Source of the DNA: an uncultured Candidatus Binatia bacterium
GTDB lineage: Bacteria > Desulfobacterota > Binatia > Bin18
Direction of reading: 5' to 3'
DNA length: 64,000 nucleotides
NCBI GenBank assembly: GCA_965214605.1
Contig: OZ243961.1
Location: 608,001 to 672,000 of the forward strand
The position numbers and the translations under genes were made by a program. Below the pieces are notes generated by a model. That model was not told the origin of the DNA. It did no database searches and saw only the letters and a program-made list of their open reading frames with translations. Positions 47,857-59,762 of this stretch are shown piece after piece (within the stretch, counting starts at the first letter, position 1; each line of letters opens with the position of its first letter).

Positions 47857-48783
47857 CTATCCATCCCGTCGGTCTCGAAAGAAGGCCACCGTCTGTGCCA
47901 ATCCGTCGGCGATCGCCACCCGTGGGCGCCAGCCCAATATCTGCTCGGCTCGGTCCCCGGCCAAGACACTCCGGCGCTGCTCGCCAGCTTGGACTGGCCC
48001 GTGTTGTTCAGCGACGTCTGCTCTGGTCAGGTGGCACAGCCGCTGAAACAGCGCGTTCACGGTAGTCTCTCGTCCGCTACCAATATTCAGCACCCCCGTA
48101 TAGTCCGTCCACAGAGCTGCCACATTCGCCCGCGCCACGTCGTGGACAAACACATAGTCGCGCGTCTGCTCGCCGTCGCCATGAATCACCGGCTGTTTTC
48201 CAGCCAACATGCGCTGGCTGAAAATCGCCACTACCCCGGCTTCGCCATACGGGTCTTGACGCGGACCGTAGATATTGGCGTAGCGTAACGCCATATACGG
48301 AAGCCCGTACTCGGTATGATAGAAGGACAAATAGTGCTCTCCGCTCAGCTTGCTCACGCCATATGGACTAATCGGCCGGGTGGGATGAGTCTCATCGGCC
48401 GGAAAAATCTGCTGCTCACCATAGACCGTCCCGCCTGAGGAGGCAAAGATGATCTTACCCGCTCCGGCTTGGCGGGCTCCTTCGAGGACGTTCAGAAGTC
48501 CGCAGATATTCACCCGCGCATCAAACAGTGGATCGGCCACCGAACGGCGGACATCAATCTGTGCGGCATGGTGGTTTACGACCTCGATTTTCTCTTCAAC
48601 AATCAGCCGCCTCACGTCCGGATCTTGAATTGCGGCCCGGACAAAACGCGCTTGCGTGTGCAGATTCTCACGCTTGCCGGTCGATAAGTCATCGACCACA
48701 ATAACCTCATGACCGGCTGCAATATAGGCGTCCACAACATGGGAACCGATAAATCCCGCTCCCCCGGTGACCAACACTCGCAT
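47857..48783 (-). CDS. NAD-dependent epimerase/dehydratase (UDP-glucose 4-epimerase-like)
   Basis: TGGAGFIG, YGVSK, LRYANIYGPRQ. Confidence 0.9.
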   Translation of the reverse strand: MRVLVTGGAGFIGSHVVDAYIAAGHEVIVVDDLSTGKRENLHTQARFVRAAIQDPDVRRLIVEEKIEVVNHHAAQIDVRRSVADPLFDARVNICGLLNVLEGARQAGAGKIIFASSGGTVYGEQQIFPADETHPTRPISPYGVSKLSGEHYLSFYHTEYGLPYMALRYANIYGPRQDPYGEAGVVAIFSQRMLAGKQPVIHGDGEQTRDYVFVHDVARANVAALWTDYTGVLNIGSGRETTVNALFQRLCHLTRADVAEQHGPVQAGEQRRSVLAGDRAEQILGWRPRVAIADGLAQTVAFFRDRRDG

Positions 48784-48807
48784 ACCTGATTCTCCTATCG
48801 GACCCGT

Positions 48808-49749
48808 CTATTCGTATTCGAGCTTGTCCCGAAAATAGGCAATGGTTTGGCTGAGTCCTTCTTGGAGGGATACCTGCGGCTCCCACCTCAGCACCCGCTG
48901 TGCCAGGCTAATATCCGGCTGGCGGACCTGAGGATCATCAACCGGCAGCGGCTGAAAGGTGATCTGACTCCGGCTGCCGGTCAGGTCGATAACCAACTTG
49001 GCAAAGTCTAGCACGGACATCTCTTGAGGATTCCCGAGATTGACCGGGTCAGTATAATCAGAATGCAGCAGCCGACAGATCCCCTCGACCAGATCGGTCA
49101 CAAAGCAAAAGCTGCGGGTTTGGCTGCCATCGCCATACACGGTCAGGTCCTCATCGCACAGAGCTTGGCAGATGAAATTAGGCACCACTCGGCCGTCTCC
49201 GAACCGCATCCGCGGTCCATAGGTATTAAAGATGCGCCCAATCCGCGTCTCAAGGCCGTGGCTGCGATGGTAGGCCATCACTAGTGCTTCAGCAAAGCGT
49301 TTGGCCTCATCATACACCCCACGCGGACCGATGGGATTGACGTTGCCCCAGTAGACCTCTTTTTGCGGATGGACGAGCGGGTCGCCGTAGACCTCTGAGG
49401 TTGAGGCCAGGAGGAGGCGGGCACCTTTTTCTTTCGCCAGACCTAGCGCCTTATGGGTACCGAGCGAGCCGACTTTGAGGGTTTGAATTGGCAGCTCAAG
49501 GTAATCAATCGGACTCGCCGGGGAGGCAAAGTGGAGAATCGAGTCCAGCCGGCCCTTGACATACATATACGTCGTAACATCCTGGGGAATGAAGGAAAAG
49601 CGCGCGTCTGAAAAGAGATGGCTAATATTCTCGGCGCTGCCGGTCAGCAGATTATCGACACAGACAACCTCGTGCCCCTCGGCCAGGAAGCGCTCGCACA
49701 AGTGCGACCCGATAAAGCCCCCCCCCCCCGTTACTAAGATACGTGCCAT
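48808..49749 (-). CDS. UDP-glucuronate decarboxylase family protein
   Basis: [41 protein letters not shown]. Confidence 0.92.
   Translation of the reverse strand: MARILVTGGGGFIGSHLCERFLAEGHEVVCVDNLLTGSAENISHLFSDARFSFIPQDVTTYMYVKGRLDSILHFASPASPIDYLELPIQTLKVGSLGTHKALGLAKEKGARLLLASTSEVYGDPLVHPQKEVYWGNVNPIGPRGVYDEAKRFAEALVMAYHRSHGLETRIGRIFNTYGPRMRFGDGRVVPNFICQALCDEDLTVYGDGSQTRSFCFVTDLVEGICRLLHSDYTDPVNLGNPQEMSVLDFAKLVIDLTGSRSQITFQPLPVDDPQVRQPDISLAQRVLRWEPQVSLQEGLSQTIAYFRDKLEYE
49718..49729 (-). repeat. G12 homopolymer in the 5' end of the UDP-glucuronate decarboxylase gene
   Basis: + strand C12; minus strand acG GGG GGG GGG GGc = T-G-G-G-G. Confidence 0.85.
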
Positions 49750-49756
49750 TCCTGCC

Positions 49757-51097
49757 TCAGGCCGCAGACGCCGTGTCTGGAGAGATGTGGCCAACGGCCC
49801 GGCGTCCGACCGAATAGTAGCGAAAGCCCTCTTGGTCCATTATCCTCGGCTCATACAGGTTGCGACCGTCAAAAATGATTGGCGTCTTCATCACCGAACG
49901 CATACGAGCAAAGTCGGGCCGCCGAAACTCGTTCCACTCGGTCACGATCAGCAGGGCATCCGCCCCCTCCAGAGCCTCGTAATTGCCCCAGTGGTAGGAC
50001 ACGCGTGAGCCAAACAGCTGACGGGCCTGGTCAAGCGCTTCCGGGTCGTGCACCGCAAGGCTGGCTCCAGAGGCCAGCAGGGCCTCAATAATCACCACCG
50101 ATGGGGCTTCACGCATATCATCGGTACGCGGCTTAAAGGCCAAGCCCCAGATGGTCAGTTTTCGCCCGCTGAGATCGGCCCCAAAGGTCTGCTGAACCTT
50201 CTCAATTAAGAGCCGCTTCTGCCGGGCGTTGACCGCCTCGACGGCTCTTAACAACGAGAAGTCCACATCATGGCTCTCGGCCGTCCGGATGACCGCCCGG
50301 ACATCCTTGGGAAAGCACGAGCCGCCGTAGCCAACGCCGGGAAACAGGAAGGCGTGACCAATCCGCCGATCAGTCCCAATACCGTGCCGCACGTCGGCTA
50401 CATCGGCTCCGACTTTTTCACACAGTTGGGCAATTTCGTTGATAAACGAAATACGGGTGGCCAGAAACGCGTTGGCCGCATACTTGGTCATTTCTGCGCT
50501 GCGGTTATCCATCACCAGAATTGGATTGTCCGTGCGGACAAACGGCGTGTACAGCTCCTGTAAGATGGAGAGGGCGCGCTCGTTAGTACCGCCCAGGACA
50601 ACACGGTCGGGTTTCATGAAGTCTTCCACAGCCGCCCCTTCTTTGAGAAACTCGGGATTCGAGATAATGTCAAACGGATGCTCGGTGACCGCCGCCATCA
50701 TGTGGCGGACTTCGTGGGCTGTCCCGACCGGTACCGTACTCTTGAGGACCACAATCCGGTAGCCCGGCATGACGCTAGCAATGCCCCGCGCGGCCTCGAT
50801 CACCATCTGCACATCGGCTGAGCCGTCGCTGTCAGGCGGCGTACCAACGGCGATAAAACACACCAAACTGTCCTTAACCGCCCCCTCTAGATCGCTTGAG
50901 AACCGCAGTCGTCCATTCGCCGTGTTACGCTGCATCAGTTCCGCCAAGCCGGGTTCGTAGATCGGCACTCGGCCAGCGTTTAGTTCGGCGATCTTATGCC
51001 GGTCGATGTCGACACACACCACCTCATTTCCGCTCTCGGCAAAACAAATTCCCGCCACCAATCCGACATACCCTGTTCCAATAACGCACAGCCTCAT
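49757..51097 (-). CDS. ugd: UDP-glucose 6-dehydrogenase
   Basis: [42 protein letters not shown]. Confidence 0.95.
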   Translation of the reverse strand: MRLCVIGTGYVGLVAGICFAESGNEVVCVDIDRHKIAELNAGRVPIYEPGLAELMQRNTANGRLRFSSDLEGAVKDSLVCFIAVGTPPDSDGSADVQMVIEAARGIASVMPGYRIVVLKSTVPVGTAHEVRHMMAAVTEHPFDIISNPEFLKEGAAVEDFMKPDRVVLGGTNERALSILQELYTPFVRTDNPILVMDNRSAEMTKYAANAFLATRISFINEIAQLCEKVGADVADVRHGIGTDRRIGHAFLFPGVGYGGSCFPKDVRAVIRTAESHDVDFSLLRAVEAVNARQKRLLIEKVQQTFGADLSGRKLTIWGLAFKPRTDDMREAPSVVIIEALLASGASLAVHDPEALDQARQLFGSRVSYHWGNYEALEGADALLIVTEWNEFRRPDFARMRSVMKTPIIFDGRNLYEPRIMDQEGFRYYSVGRRAVGHISPDTASAA

Positions 51098-51129
51098 AGC
51101 CTCTCCTGAACACGGAGCCTTTGGCTCTC

Positions 51130-52137
51130 TTATTCCAATATGTCTTTAATCCAATAGATAGGTTTCTCTTGGCTCTCGTGGTAGGTGCGGACCAGCATCT
51201 CACCAATCAGGCCGAGAGTCAAAAATTGGACGCCTGTCACAATCAGCAACAGACCAAGCTGCAGCAACGGACGGTTGGACAGTTGGACGGCGAAGAACAG
51301 GCGCTGCCCTCCCAGGACGGCCGTAATGAGCCCCCCGATCAGGAGCGAGAAGAAACCTAGCAGGCCGAATAAATGGCTCGGGCGGGTGGCATAGCTCGAC
51401 AAAAATTTGACCGTTAACAGGTCGAGAATCACCCAGAAGGTCCGCGTTAGGCCATATTTGGAAGTCCCACGGGTGCGCGGATGATGGGTGACTGGTATCT
51501 CGGTAATCGTCGCCCCTAGATCACGGGCTAAGGCTGGGATGAAACGGTGCATCTCACCGTACAGCTTCATATCTTTAGCAATGTGGCGGCGCAAAGCTTT
51601 GAGGGTACAGCCGTAGTCGTGCAACTTGACACGGGTCAATAGCGAGATTATGCGGTTGGCAATATAAGAAGGTAGGCGACGCTGCCAAAACGGATCTTGC
51701 CGATTCATCCGCCAGCCGTTGACCAGATCATAGCCCTCGTTGAGCTTGGCTACCAGTCTGGGGATATCAGCCGGATCATTTTGCAGATCGCCGTCTAGCG
51801 ATACAATCACCTCGCCCTGGGCATAGGCAAATGCGGCCGCGAGCGCGGCGGTTTGACCAAAATTGCGTCGGAAGCGCACGACTTTCAGCCAGCTATAGGT
51901 CCGATGCAGCTCGACCAAGATATCGGCGCTCCCATCGGTGCTGCCGTCATCAACTATGATTACCTCGTAGCTCCAACCAGTTGCGGACAACACCTCAGAG
52001 AGGGTCTGACACAGCGGATATAGATTCTCGATCTCGTTATAGATCGGTACGACCACCGACAGATACGGCTCTTGGCCGCGGTCCAAGCTGGGGGAGACCG
52101 GATCTGCGAGCTGGGGTGTCATCCTGTCATTCGTCAT
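51130..52137 (-). CDS. GT2 glycosyltransferase (ArnC/polyprenol-phosphate type)
   Basis: VVPIYNE, VDDGSTD, RNFGQ, LDGDLQNDP; two C-terminal TM segments. Confidence 0.9.
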   Translation of the reverse strand: MTNDRMTPQLADPVSPSLDRGQEPYLSVVVPIYNEIENLYPLCQTLSEVLSATGWSYEVIIVDDGSTDGSADILVELHRTYSWLKVVRFRRNFGQTAALAAAFAYAQGEVIVSLDGDLQNDPADIPRLVAKLNEGYDLVNGWRMNRQDPFWQRRLPSYIANRIISLLTRVKLHDYGCTLKALRRHIAKDMKLYGEMHRFIPALARDLGATITEIPVTHHPRTRGTSKYGLTRTFWVILDLLTVKFLSSYATRPSHLFGLLGFFSLLIGGLITAVLGGQRLFFAVQLSNRPLLQLGLLLIVTGVQFLTLGLIGEMLVRTYHESQEKPIYWIKDILE

Positions 52138-52148
52138 GGCCGCGCTGC

Positions 52149-53009
52149 TTAGGGGGTGAGATACTTGCCGATCAGGATATCGAGTTCGTGCCTGATCTCT
52201 GCCGGAATCAGGCTACGATCTGTGATAATCGCGTCCTTGAGAGCCTGGGAGCAGGGACAGGTGCGACGATCCGACAGCTGGGTAGCGGCCGTACGGATAA
52301 TGTTCTGAGCGGTTTCGACATTGGTCCTGAGAATCGTCAACACCTCCTCAATCACCACGTCGCCCGCCTCGGTGTTCCAACAGTCGTAGTCGGTGGCCAG
52401 CGCCAGATTGGCAAAACACAGCTCAGCCTCGCGTGCCAGCTTGGCCTCTTGGAGACTGGTCATACCAATCACATCGGCCCCCCAACTGCGGTACAGAAAA
52501 GACTCGGCTCGGGTCGAAAACTGGGGACCCTCCATACACACATAGGTCCCGCCGCCATGGACCGTGGCCCCGAGTCCGCGGCCGACTTCGACCAACAGGT
52601 GCGACAAGGAGACGCACACCGGATCGGCAAAAGACACATGGACAACAAGGCCGCGACCAAAAAAAGTCCCGATCCGACTGCGGGTCCGATCGATGAACTG
52701 ATCGGGAATGACCAGATGGCCCGGCGCAATAGCTTGCCTGAGACTACCGACGGCACCCACCCCAATCAGGTATTCCACGCCGAGCTTCTTCATCCCGTAG
52801 ATATTGGCTCGGAAATTCAGCTCCGAGGGTAAGAGACGATGGCCTCGGCCGTGACGGGGGAGAAAGACTAGCCGTACCTCTCCAAGCTCGCCCACAAAGT
52901 AGTCGTCCGAGGGCGCGCCAAAAGGAGTCTCAACTGACACCCATTGGCCGTTTGTGATTCCCGTCATCTGATATAGCCCACTGCCGCCAATTACGCCGAG
53001 TGTTGTCAT
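52149..53009 (-). CDS. mtnP: S-methyl-5'-thioadenosine phosphorylase
   Basis: IGGSGLY, PRHGRGH, EGPQFSTRAES, VIGMT, TDYDCW. Confidence 0.92.
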   Translation of the reverse strand: MTTLGVIGGSGLYQMTGITNGQWVSVETPFGAPSDDYFVGELGEVRLVFLPRHGRGHRLLPSELNFRANIYGMKKLGVEYLIGVGAVGSLRQAIAPGHLVIPDQFIDRTRSRIGTFFGRGLVVHVSFADPVCVSLSHLLVEVGRGLGATVHGGGTYVCMEGPQFSTRAESFLYRSWGADVIGMTSLQEAKLAREAELCFANLALATDYDCWNTEAGDVVIEEVLTILRTNVETAQNIIRTAATQLSDRRTCPCSQALKDAIITDRSLIPAEIRHELDILIGKYLTP

Positions 53010-53087
53010 GTCTGTGTCCTTAGTACAGATGATGATATCTTCTCATCAATCGCTCATCTTTGTCCATTTTGTTCTCCGAGAGAGGCT

Positions 53088-54113
53088 TTAGCCGCCGGGT
53101 GCCAGCTGTCCGCACGCGGCCAGAACATCCTGGCCGCGGCTTTCGCGTATTGTTGCCAGCACCCCTTTATCCAATAGGATCTGACGGAACCGATCGATGT
53201 GCGGCCGTGGGCTCGCCTCAAAACCCGAGTGAGGAAAGACGTTAAAGGGAATAAGGTTGACCTTGGCACGTATGCCGTGCAGCAGTTTTGTCAGCCGTCT
53301 GGCATCTGCGGGACTATCATTAACCCCGGCCAGCATCGTGTAGGCAAAGGTTAAACGACGCCGAGAGCGGACGGGCAGGCTGCGGCAGGCGTTGAGCAGC
53401 TGTTCGAGTGGATAGCGGCTGTTGATCGGCATCAGCCGAGTACGTAGTTCATCGGTTGTCGCGCTCAGCGAGACGGTCAAGTTGATCGGGGTCTCGTGCA
53501 GCAGGCGGTGCATCTGCGGTACCAGCCCGACCGTGGACACCGTTACCCGGCGGGGAGAAAAATTGAAGCCCCACTTAGCGGTCAGCACCTCGATGGCCTT
53601 CACGACCTGTTCATAGTTGGCCAGCGGTTCTCCCATACCCATGAACACCACATTAGTCAGTTTTTTATCGGAGGACAGGGCGCGCTGGATCTCCCACACC
53701 TGACTGATAATCTCTCCGGCGGTCAGATTCCGAACCGACCGCAGGCGGGCAGTGGCACAGAACTGACACCCCATTGCACATCCGCTTTGGGACGAGACGC
53801 ACAGAGTTTGGCGACCCGGGCCAGGAATCCGCACACTCTCAATCCGTCGCCCATCAGCCAAGGCAAATACATATTTGCAGGTCCCGTCCGCGGCCGCAGA
53901 CGTCCGCACCCAGGTCAGATGATCAATCGAAAAGACTGCTGCCAGCCGCTCACGCAGAGCGGCCGACACATCGCTCATATCGGCAAAGGTATCGCTCCCG
54001 CGCTGATAGATCCATCTGAGGATTTGCCGGGACCGAAAGGCTTTGAGGTCGTTGTCAAGACACCACTGCTCAAGCTCGATCCGGCTGAATTCTTTAATGT
54101 CATGTGACATCAA
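53088..54113 (-). CDS. rlmN: 23S rRNA/tRNA m2A methyltransferase RlmN
   Basis: CVSSQSGCAMGCQFC, VFMGMGEP, VNLIPFN, AACGQL. Confidence 0.95.
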   Translation of the reverse strand: MMSHDIKEFSRIELEQWCLDNDLKAFRSRQILRWIYQRGSDTFADMSDVSAALRERLAAVFSIDHLTWVRTSAAADGTCKYVFALADGRRIESVRIPGPGRQTLCVSSQSGCAMGCQFCATARLRSVRNLTAGEIISQVWEIQRALSSDKKLTNVVFMGMGEPLANYEQVVKAIEVLTAKWGFNFSPRRVTVSTVGLVPQMHRLLHETPINLTVSLSATTDELRTRLMPINSRYPLEQLLNACRSLPVRSRRRLTFAYTMLAGVNDSPADARRLTKLLHGIRAKVNLIPFNVFPHSGFEASPRPHIDRFRQILLDKGVLATIRESRGQDVLAACGQLAPGG

Positions 54114-54536
54114 TTAAGCTGCGTGCAGCTCCATCTCGCCAAAGAAGTAGGCAATTTCCTGACGGGCGGTATCTGGCCCATCAGAGCCGTGGACCGCATT
54201 CTTCTCGATGTCTGTTGCAAAGTCTTTGCGAATCGTGCCCGGATCGGCCTCGACGGGATTGGTTGCGCCCATCAGCCGCCGGTTAGTCTGGATGGCGTCT
54301 TGGCCTTCGAGCACCGATACCAGAATGGGCCCGGACGACATAAACGTCGTCAGACTATCAAAAAAAGGGCGTTCCTTATGGACGACGTAAAATCCCTGGG
54401 CTTCGGCCTTGCTCAGATGTATCATTTTGGCTGCAACGATCTTGAGTCCAGCGCGCTCAAACCGACCCAGAATCTCGCCAAGGACATTTTTTTGGACGGC
54501 GTCCGGCTTAATAATCGAGAGGGTATGTTCTGTCAT
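54114..54536 (-). CDS. ndk: Nucleoside diphosphate kinase
   Basis: [21 protein letters not shown]. Confidence 0.97.
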   Translation of the reverse strand: MTEHTLSIIKPDAVQKNVLGEILGRFERAGLKIVAAKMIHLSKAEAQGFYVVHKERPFFDSLTTFMSSGPILVSVLEGQDAIQTNRRLMGATNPVEADPGTIRKDFATDIEKNAVHGSDGPDTARQEIAYFFGEMELHAA

Positions 54537-54644
54537 GCTGGTCCTTTCTTCACCATCGGGTCAGCATAGCGGGAGGGCAAAAGAGGGTCAACGCGCTGTT
54601 CGACTCCGAGTCCGGCCATCCGGGCTGTCTCGTTCAAGACGGAT

Positions 54645-55733
54645 TCAAGGTAGGTTCAGCGGTGGGGGCGGCGGGGTGAAGTGCAGCCCGCACTGATGGT
54701 GGACTTTTTTGACCGCAGACCAGTCGGGCGTGTCATCGAGTAACGCTAGACCGGTCCGAGCGTGGCACGCCTCAGCGTGATAGCCGAGGTATTCGGCCCT
54801 TTCCAGACAGCGCCGAAAGGTGTTATGAGCGGTTTGAGGACTACCCCGCAGCAGTGCCAACTCGCCCGTCCCTAGCCGGCAGTAGATGCTGCCGCGGGAA
54901 TCCCGAGTTTCACGGAACAGAACCTGCGCCCGGGCAAAGGTCTCGGCGCTACAGGGGTAATCGCCGCGCATTTTGTGGACAGTCGCCATCGCCCACACAG
55001 TATAGGCAAAGCTGGCGGTGTCGCCAATCCGAGCGTAGACCTTTTCGGCGGTGGCAAACAGTTTCATCGCCGCCGCATAGTCGCCGCGCATGCGCGCAGC
55101 GTTGCCCAATCCACAGTAAGAATAGGCGCGGCCATAGATATCTTTTTCCGCCTCGAATAGAGTGTTTGCCCGCTGATAATAGTCCTGACTATCGGCAAAG
55201 CGGCCCATCAAGCGCGAGGCTCCTCCCAAACCGCACAAGGCATAGCCAGTGCCAGGCCTATCTTCCTGCTGCTGTGCAAGGGTCAACGCTTTTTTGAAAT
55301 GGCCAACCGCTTTGCGTAAGTCGCCACAAAACCGATAGGTGCTGCCAAGCGCCCACAAAACAAATCCCTCACCCTCGACAGCCTCGGCTTGGCGGTACAG
55401 CCGACGGGCGTGCTCAAGGTAGGGCAACGCCCGTTCAGGATTGCCCTGGGCGCGTAGGCTGAGACCGAAACCGGCCTGGCTCTCGGCCAAGCCTTCAGGG
55501 TCGTGCAGCGCCTCGGACAGGCTGACCGCCCTGGCATAGGCCCGTTTGGCCGGAGCGAACTGCCCCAGCATACGCAGACAGTCACCGATACCGATGAACG
55601 CGTCGCGCTCTCCGTCGGAATCTCCCTCATCAGCATAGACGGCCTGAGCCTGGCGATAGAGGTCGAGGGCGGCGGAAAAATGGCTGGTGTGGCGAGCGCG
55701 TTCGGCGCGCTCAAACAGGCGGTCGGGATTCAC
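54645..55733 (-). CDS. Tetratricopeptide-repeat protein
   Basis: Repeated ~40-aa helical units (xLGxxxRxxGxxxxAxxxxxxA). Confidence 0.85.
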   Translation of the reverse strand: MNPDRLFERAERARHTSHFSAALDLYRQAQAVYADEGDSDGERDAFIGIGDCLRMLGQFAPAKRAYARAVSLSEALHDPEGLAESQAGFGLSLRAQGNPERALPYLEHARRLYRQAEAVEGEGFVLWALGSTYRFCGDLRKAVGHFKKALTLAQQQEDRPGTGYALCGLGGASRLMGRFADSQDYYQRANTLFEAEKDIYGRAYSYCGLGNAARMRGDYAAAMKLFATAEKVYARIGDTASFAYTVWAMATVHKMRGDYPCSAETFARAQVLFRETRDSRGSIYCRLGTGELALLRGSPQTAHNTFRRCLERAEYLGYHAEACHARTGLALLDDTPDWSAVKKVHHQCGLHFTPPPPPLNLP

Positions 55734-56611
55734 GAAAGCGATATTCCCATTGCTCTGGCCATGGTCACGCCCATTTCGGCTGGGCTTGGAATCGTGTGTA
55801 CGCCCGCCTTCTCAAAGGCCCGGATCTTTTCCGCGGCCGTACCCGAGCCGCCGGCAATAATTGCCCCGGCGTGGCCCATGCGTTTACCCTTGGGTGCGGT
55901 CTGACCGGCAATGAAGGCAGCCACCGGTTTCGTCATCTCGGCTTTGATAAACGCGGCCGCCTCTTCTTCGGCGCTGCCGCCGATCTCCCCGATCAACACC
56001 ACCCCTGCGGTCTGGGAATCGTCCTGGAACAGACGCAACACATCAACAAATCCAGTCCCATTCACCGGGTCACCACCGATGCCGACGCAGCTTGACTGAC
56101 CAATGCCGAGCTGGGTCAGCTGATGGACCGCCTCATAGGTTAGCGTGCCGCTTCGCGATACCACACCGATGTTGCCCGCCTTGTGAATATAACCCGGCAT
56201 AATCCCGATCTTGCACTCACCCGGAGTGATAACGCCGGGACAGTTCGGCCCGATCAAACGGGAGGCTTTGCCCACCATGTAGTGCTTGACCCGGAGCATG
56301 TCCAAAATAGGGATACCTTCGGTGATACAGATCACCAGCGGGAGCTGAGCCTCAACCGCCTCTAGAATCGCGTCGGCGGCAAAGGGCGGAGGAACATAGA
56401 TCACCGAGGCGTTGGCACCGGTTGTAGCGACCGATTCAGCGACGGTATTAAAGACGGGGATGCCCTCAAAATCGGTCCCGCCACGACCAGGGGTTACCCC
56501 GGCCACCATCTGGGTTCCGTATTCTTTGCAGGCCCGGGTGTGGAGTTGGCCGGTTGCGCCGGTAATGCCCTGGGTGACAACTCTAGTGTCTTTATTAACA
56601 AGAATACTCAC
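55730..56611 (-). CDS. sucD: Succinyl-CoA ligase alpha subunit
   Basis: [28 protein letters not shown]. Confidence 0.97.
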   Translation of the reverse strand: MSILVNKDTRVVTQGITGATGQLHTRACKEYGTQMVAGVTPGRGGTDFEGIPVFNTVAESVATTGANASVIYVPPPFAADAILEAVEAQLPLVICITEGIPILDMLRVKHYMVGKASRLIGPNCPGVITPGECKIGIMPGYIHKAGNIGVVSRSGTLTYEAVHQLTQLGIGQSSCVGIGGDPVNGTGFVDVLRLFQDDSQTAGVVLIGEIGGSAEEEAAAFIKAEMTKPVAAFIAGQTAPKGKRMGHAGAIIAGGSGTAAEKIRAFEKAGVHTIPSPAEMGVTMARAMGISLS

Positions 56612-56643
56612 GCGACTTTCTCCGCTCGTCTATGGTGGGCCAC

Positions 56644-57813
56644 TCAACCCATCGCCCTGACCGCTTCGACCGCCTTCTTGGCCCCATCGGCCAGGTCACT
56701 GGCCGGAATAATATTGAGTCCCGACCGGGCCAAAATCTGTTTGCCCTGTTCGACGTTTGTGCCCTCAAGGCGGACCACTAAGGGCACGGACAGGTTGACC
56801 TCTTTGGCCGCTTCGACCACCCCGTTGGCCACCACATCGCAGCGCATGATGCCGCCAAAGATGTTGACTAAGACGCCCTTGACGTTCTGGTCGGACAGAA
56901 TGATTTTAAACGCCTCGGTCACTTTCTCGGTTGTGGCTCCGCCTCCGACATCAAGAAAATTGGCCGGCTCAGCGCCGTAATGCTTGATAATATCCATCGT
57001 GGCCATGGCCAGACCAGCCCCGTTGACCATACAGCCGATATTCCCGTCCAGTGCGATATAGCTGAGGTCAAACTTGGCGGCCGCAATTTCTTTTTCGTTC
57101 TCTTCCGACTCATCCCGCAGCTCGCGAACCTCGGGCCGACGGTACAGTGCGTTGTCGTCAAACCCCATCTTAGCATCCAACGCGACCAGATCGTCATCCT
57201 GGGTCAACACCAAAGGATTGATCTCAACCAGCGAGGCGTCAGTTTCGATAAAGGCCTGATACAGACCTTTGACAAAAGCCACCGCTTTGTTAATCGCCTC
57301 CTTGGGGAGACCGAGACCATAGGCGATTTTCCGGCCCTGAAAGTCGCCTACGCCGAGCGCCGGGTCTATCGCTTCACGCAAAATTTTCTCGGGCGAGCGC
57401 GCGGCAACCTCTTCAATCTCAACTCCTCCCTCAGAGCTGGCCATAATGGTGACGCGCGACGTGGCCCGGTCGAGGACCATGCCCAGATAAAACTCTTTGG
57501 CAATAGCACAGCCCTGCTCAACAAAGACCTTCTGGACCTCTTTGCCTTCAGGACCGGTCTGGTGGGTAACCAGCTTGTTGCCTAGCAGGCTGGCCGCAAT
57601 ATCACGCGCTTCTTGAGGAGTCTTCGCCAACTTTACACCGCCCGCTTTGCCCCGCCCGCCGGCGTGGATCTGGGCTTTGACCACACACAGCTCTCCGCCT
57701 AGTTCCTCAGCAGCGGCCTGTGCCGCCTCGGGCGTGGTCGCCATTTTGCCGTTTAGGACAGCAACACCGTATTTCCGCAACAAGTCTTTTGCCTGATATT
57801 CATGAATATTCAT
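56644..57813 (-). CDS. sucC: Succinyl-CoA ligase beta subunit
   Basis: [44 protein letters not shown]. Confidence 0.97.
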   Translation of the reverse strand: MNIHEYQAKDLLRKYGVAVLNGKMATTPEAAQAAAEELGGELCVVKAQIHAGGRGKAGGVKLAKTPQEARDIAASLLGNKLVTHQTGPEGKEVQKVFVEQGCAIAKEFYLGMVLDRATSRVTIMASSEGGVEIEEVAARSPEKILREAIDPALGVGDFQGRKIAYGLGLPKEAINKAVAFVKGLYQAFIETDASLVEINPLVLTQDDDLVALDAKMGFDDNALYRRPEVRELRDESEENEKEIAAAKFDLSYIALDGNIGCMVNGAGLAMATMDIIKHYGAEPANFLDVGGGATTEKVTEAFKIILSDQNVKGVLVNIFGGIMRCDVVANGVVEAAKEVNLSVPLVVRLEGTNVEQGKQILARSGLNIIPASDLADGAKKAVEAVRAMG

Positions 57814-57887
57814 GGGTCCTCGCTATTACGGTCAAAACGCTGGCAAAATGCCAAAATTCGGCCGACCTGTCTAGAGCTGCAACTCAA

Positions 57888-58604
57888 TCAACCCAGGCCG
57901 GACGGGCGGCGTTTACGGGCCCCCCGCCGCTTCCGCTCAGCCTCCGATAGGCGTACATAGCGCGGCACCAGTTTGCCCACATCGTCCGACTCGCCCGCTT
58001 CCAGCCTCGGCAGAGCTAAACGGGCAACTGCTATCCCACTGGGATGACAGCGAGCCCACGACAAGGACTGGGCCGCGTCGCCGTAGCGGTCTTGAATCAG
58101 TCCGCGATACGCTTCAGCTCCATCGCCGAGAAACAGACAGGGGGGAGAAATATGCGCCCCCAGTTCGTTCGGCGCCAGAACCATATCGGGAGTCAGCCGC
58201 CGCAACCGACGGTGCTGATCGCGGACAAACACAGCCGCGTATACTTCTTTTCTGCGCGCGTCGAGCAGGACACACATTCGGCCCTGCCAGTCATACACAG
58301 TCGCGGCCAATGCCTCGAGCGTAGAAACCCCAACTAGGGCCAGCCCCAACGCGTAACACAGGCCCTTGGCTGTATTCAGACCGACCCGCAGGCCGGAGAA
58401 AGAGCCGGGGCCGATCGACACACCAATGCCATCCAGTTCGGTCAAGCCGATGCCTGACCGAGACACAAGCCGGCGGACGAGCGGCAACAGGACATCCGCA
58501 TGCCCAGTCTGGACGCGGCGTGATTCCTCGGCCAAGATGCCTCCGTCACGCACCAAGCCGACGCTGGTAAACCAGGTCGCCGTATCCAGGCCGAGGACGA
58601 GCAC
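57888..58604 (-). CDS. tsaB: tRNA t6A biosynthesis protein TsaB
   Basis: LGLDTA, GPGSFSGLRVG, DARRKEVY. Confidence 0.93.
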   Translation of the reverse strand: MLVLGLDTATWFTSVGLVRDGGILAEESRRVQTGHADVLLPLVRRLVSRSGIGLTELDGIGVSIGPGSFSGLRVGLNTAKGLCYALGLALVGVSTLEALAATVYDWQGRMCVLLDARRKEVYAAVFVRDQHRRLRRLTPDMVLAPNELGAHISPPCLFLGDGAEAYRGLIQDRYGDAAQSLSWARCHPSGIAVARLALPRLEAGESDDVGKLVPRYVRLSEAERKRRGARKRRPSGLG

Positions 58605-58659
58605 GCTCGCTTCTTCCCTTCTTCAGCAGCGCTGTGATCCGTCTTGGGCTACACCAGAG

Positions 58660-59736
58660 CTATCTCACCAGACGCGCGATGTCGTTATAAAAGACCAGTA
58701 CGACCAGCGAGATGATGACCAGAAAGCCGACCCGAAAGGCGACTTCGCGTGAGCGCACGCTGGGAGGACGGCCGAGTAGCAACTCAATGAACAGAAACAG
58801 CAGATGGCCGCCGTCCAGAATCGGAATCGGCAGGAGATTAAAGATGGCGAGGTTTACATTGATGAGCGCGGTGAAATGCATTAAATAGCTCAGTCCGCGC
58901 TGGGCTTGCTGGCCGGCCACCTGGGCAATGAGGATCGGCCCGCCCAGTTCCTTGGTTGAGACATCGCCTTGGATGAGGTTACCCACGGTCTGCACGATCA
59001 AAACGCTCAAGGCCCAGGTTTGCTCAGCCCCAAGGACTACGGCTCGGCTGGCCGATACCTGTTCTAAACGCGAATCCGGCATAATGCCAATCGCGTACCT
59101 CCCCCCTCCCTCTTGGTCCATTCCCTGGCGAAATTCCGGGCTGACGGTCAACTCAAACGGCTGTAGGCGACCCGCTCGTTTGACCCGCAGGATGAGCTCT
59201 TCGCCCTGACTGCTTCGGATGTGCTCGGCCATTTCCTCCCAGGTCTGCACCCGGCTGCCCGAGATACTCATAATCTCGTCCCCGGCTTGCAGTCCAACCC
59301 GCTGAGCTGGAGAGTCGGGAACGACCGCACCGACCCTGGCCTCCTCAACCGCGACCGGGATACCGAAGCTCACAAAGACTAAGCTAAACAAGACAAATGC
59401 GGTCACAAAATTCGCGCCCGGCCCGGCGGCCACGATCAGAAACCGACTCAGCAGCGATTGATGGGGGAATGACCGCGGAATATCTTCTGCCGCAACCTCC
59501 TCACCCGTTTCTTCCCCGATCATCTTGACATAGCCGCCTAATGGGACGGCACTAATCAAGTATTCTGTCTCCCCAACCGTACGTCCGACGAGCTTCGGCC
59601 CAAAGCCAAGCGAAAACCGCTCAACGCCAACCCCAACCAGCTTGGCTACGCTAAAATGTCCGAGTTCATGAACAAACACGATCAGGCCGAAGACCACGAC
59701 TACTTTCCAAATCACATCAAGGGTTGCCAGATCCAT
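58660..59736 (-). CDS. rseP: RIP metalloprotease RseP
   Basis: HELGH, PLGGYVKM, PDZ domain, NLLPIPILDGG. Confidence 0.95.
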   Translation of the reverse strand: MDLATLDVIWKVVVVFGLIVFVHELGHFSVAKLVGVGVERFSLGFGPKLVGRTVGETEYLISAVPLGGYVKMIGEETGEEVAAEDIPRSFPHQSLLSRFLIVAAGPGANFVTAFVLFSLVFVSFGIPVAVEEARVGAVVPDSPAQRVGLQAGDEIMSISGSRVQTWEEMAEHIRSSQGEELILRVKRAGRLQPFELTVSPEFRQGMDQEGGGRYAIGIMPDSRLEQVSASRAVVLGAEQTWALSVLIVQTVGNLIQGDVSTKELGGPILIAQVAGQQAQRGLSYLMHFTALINVNLAIFNLLPIPILDGGHLLFLFIELLLGRPPSVRSREVAFRVGFLVIISLVVLVFYNDIARLVR

Positions 59737-59762
59737 AACAGCTCCTCATCGCTGGACAATCG

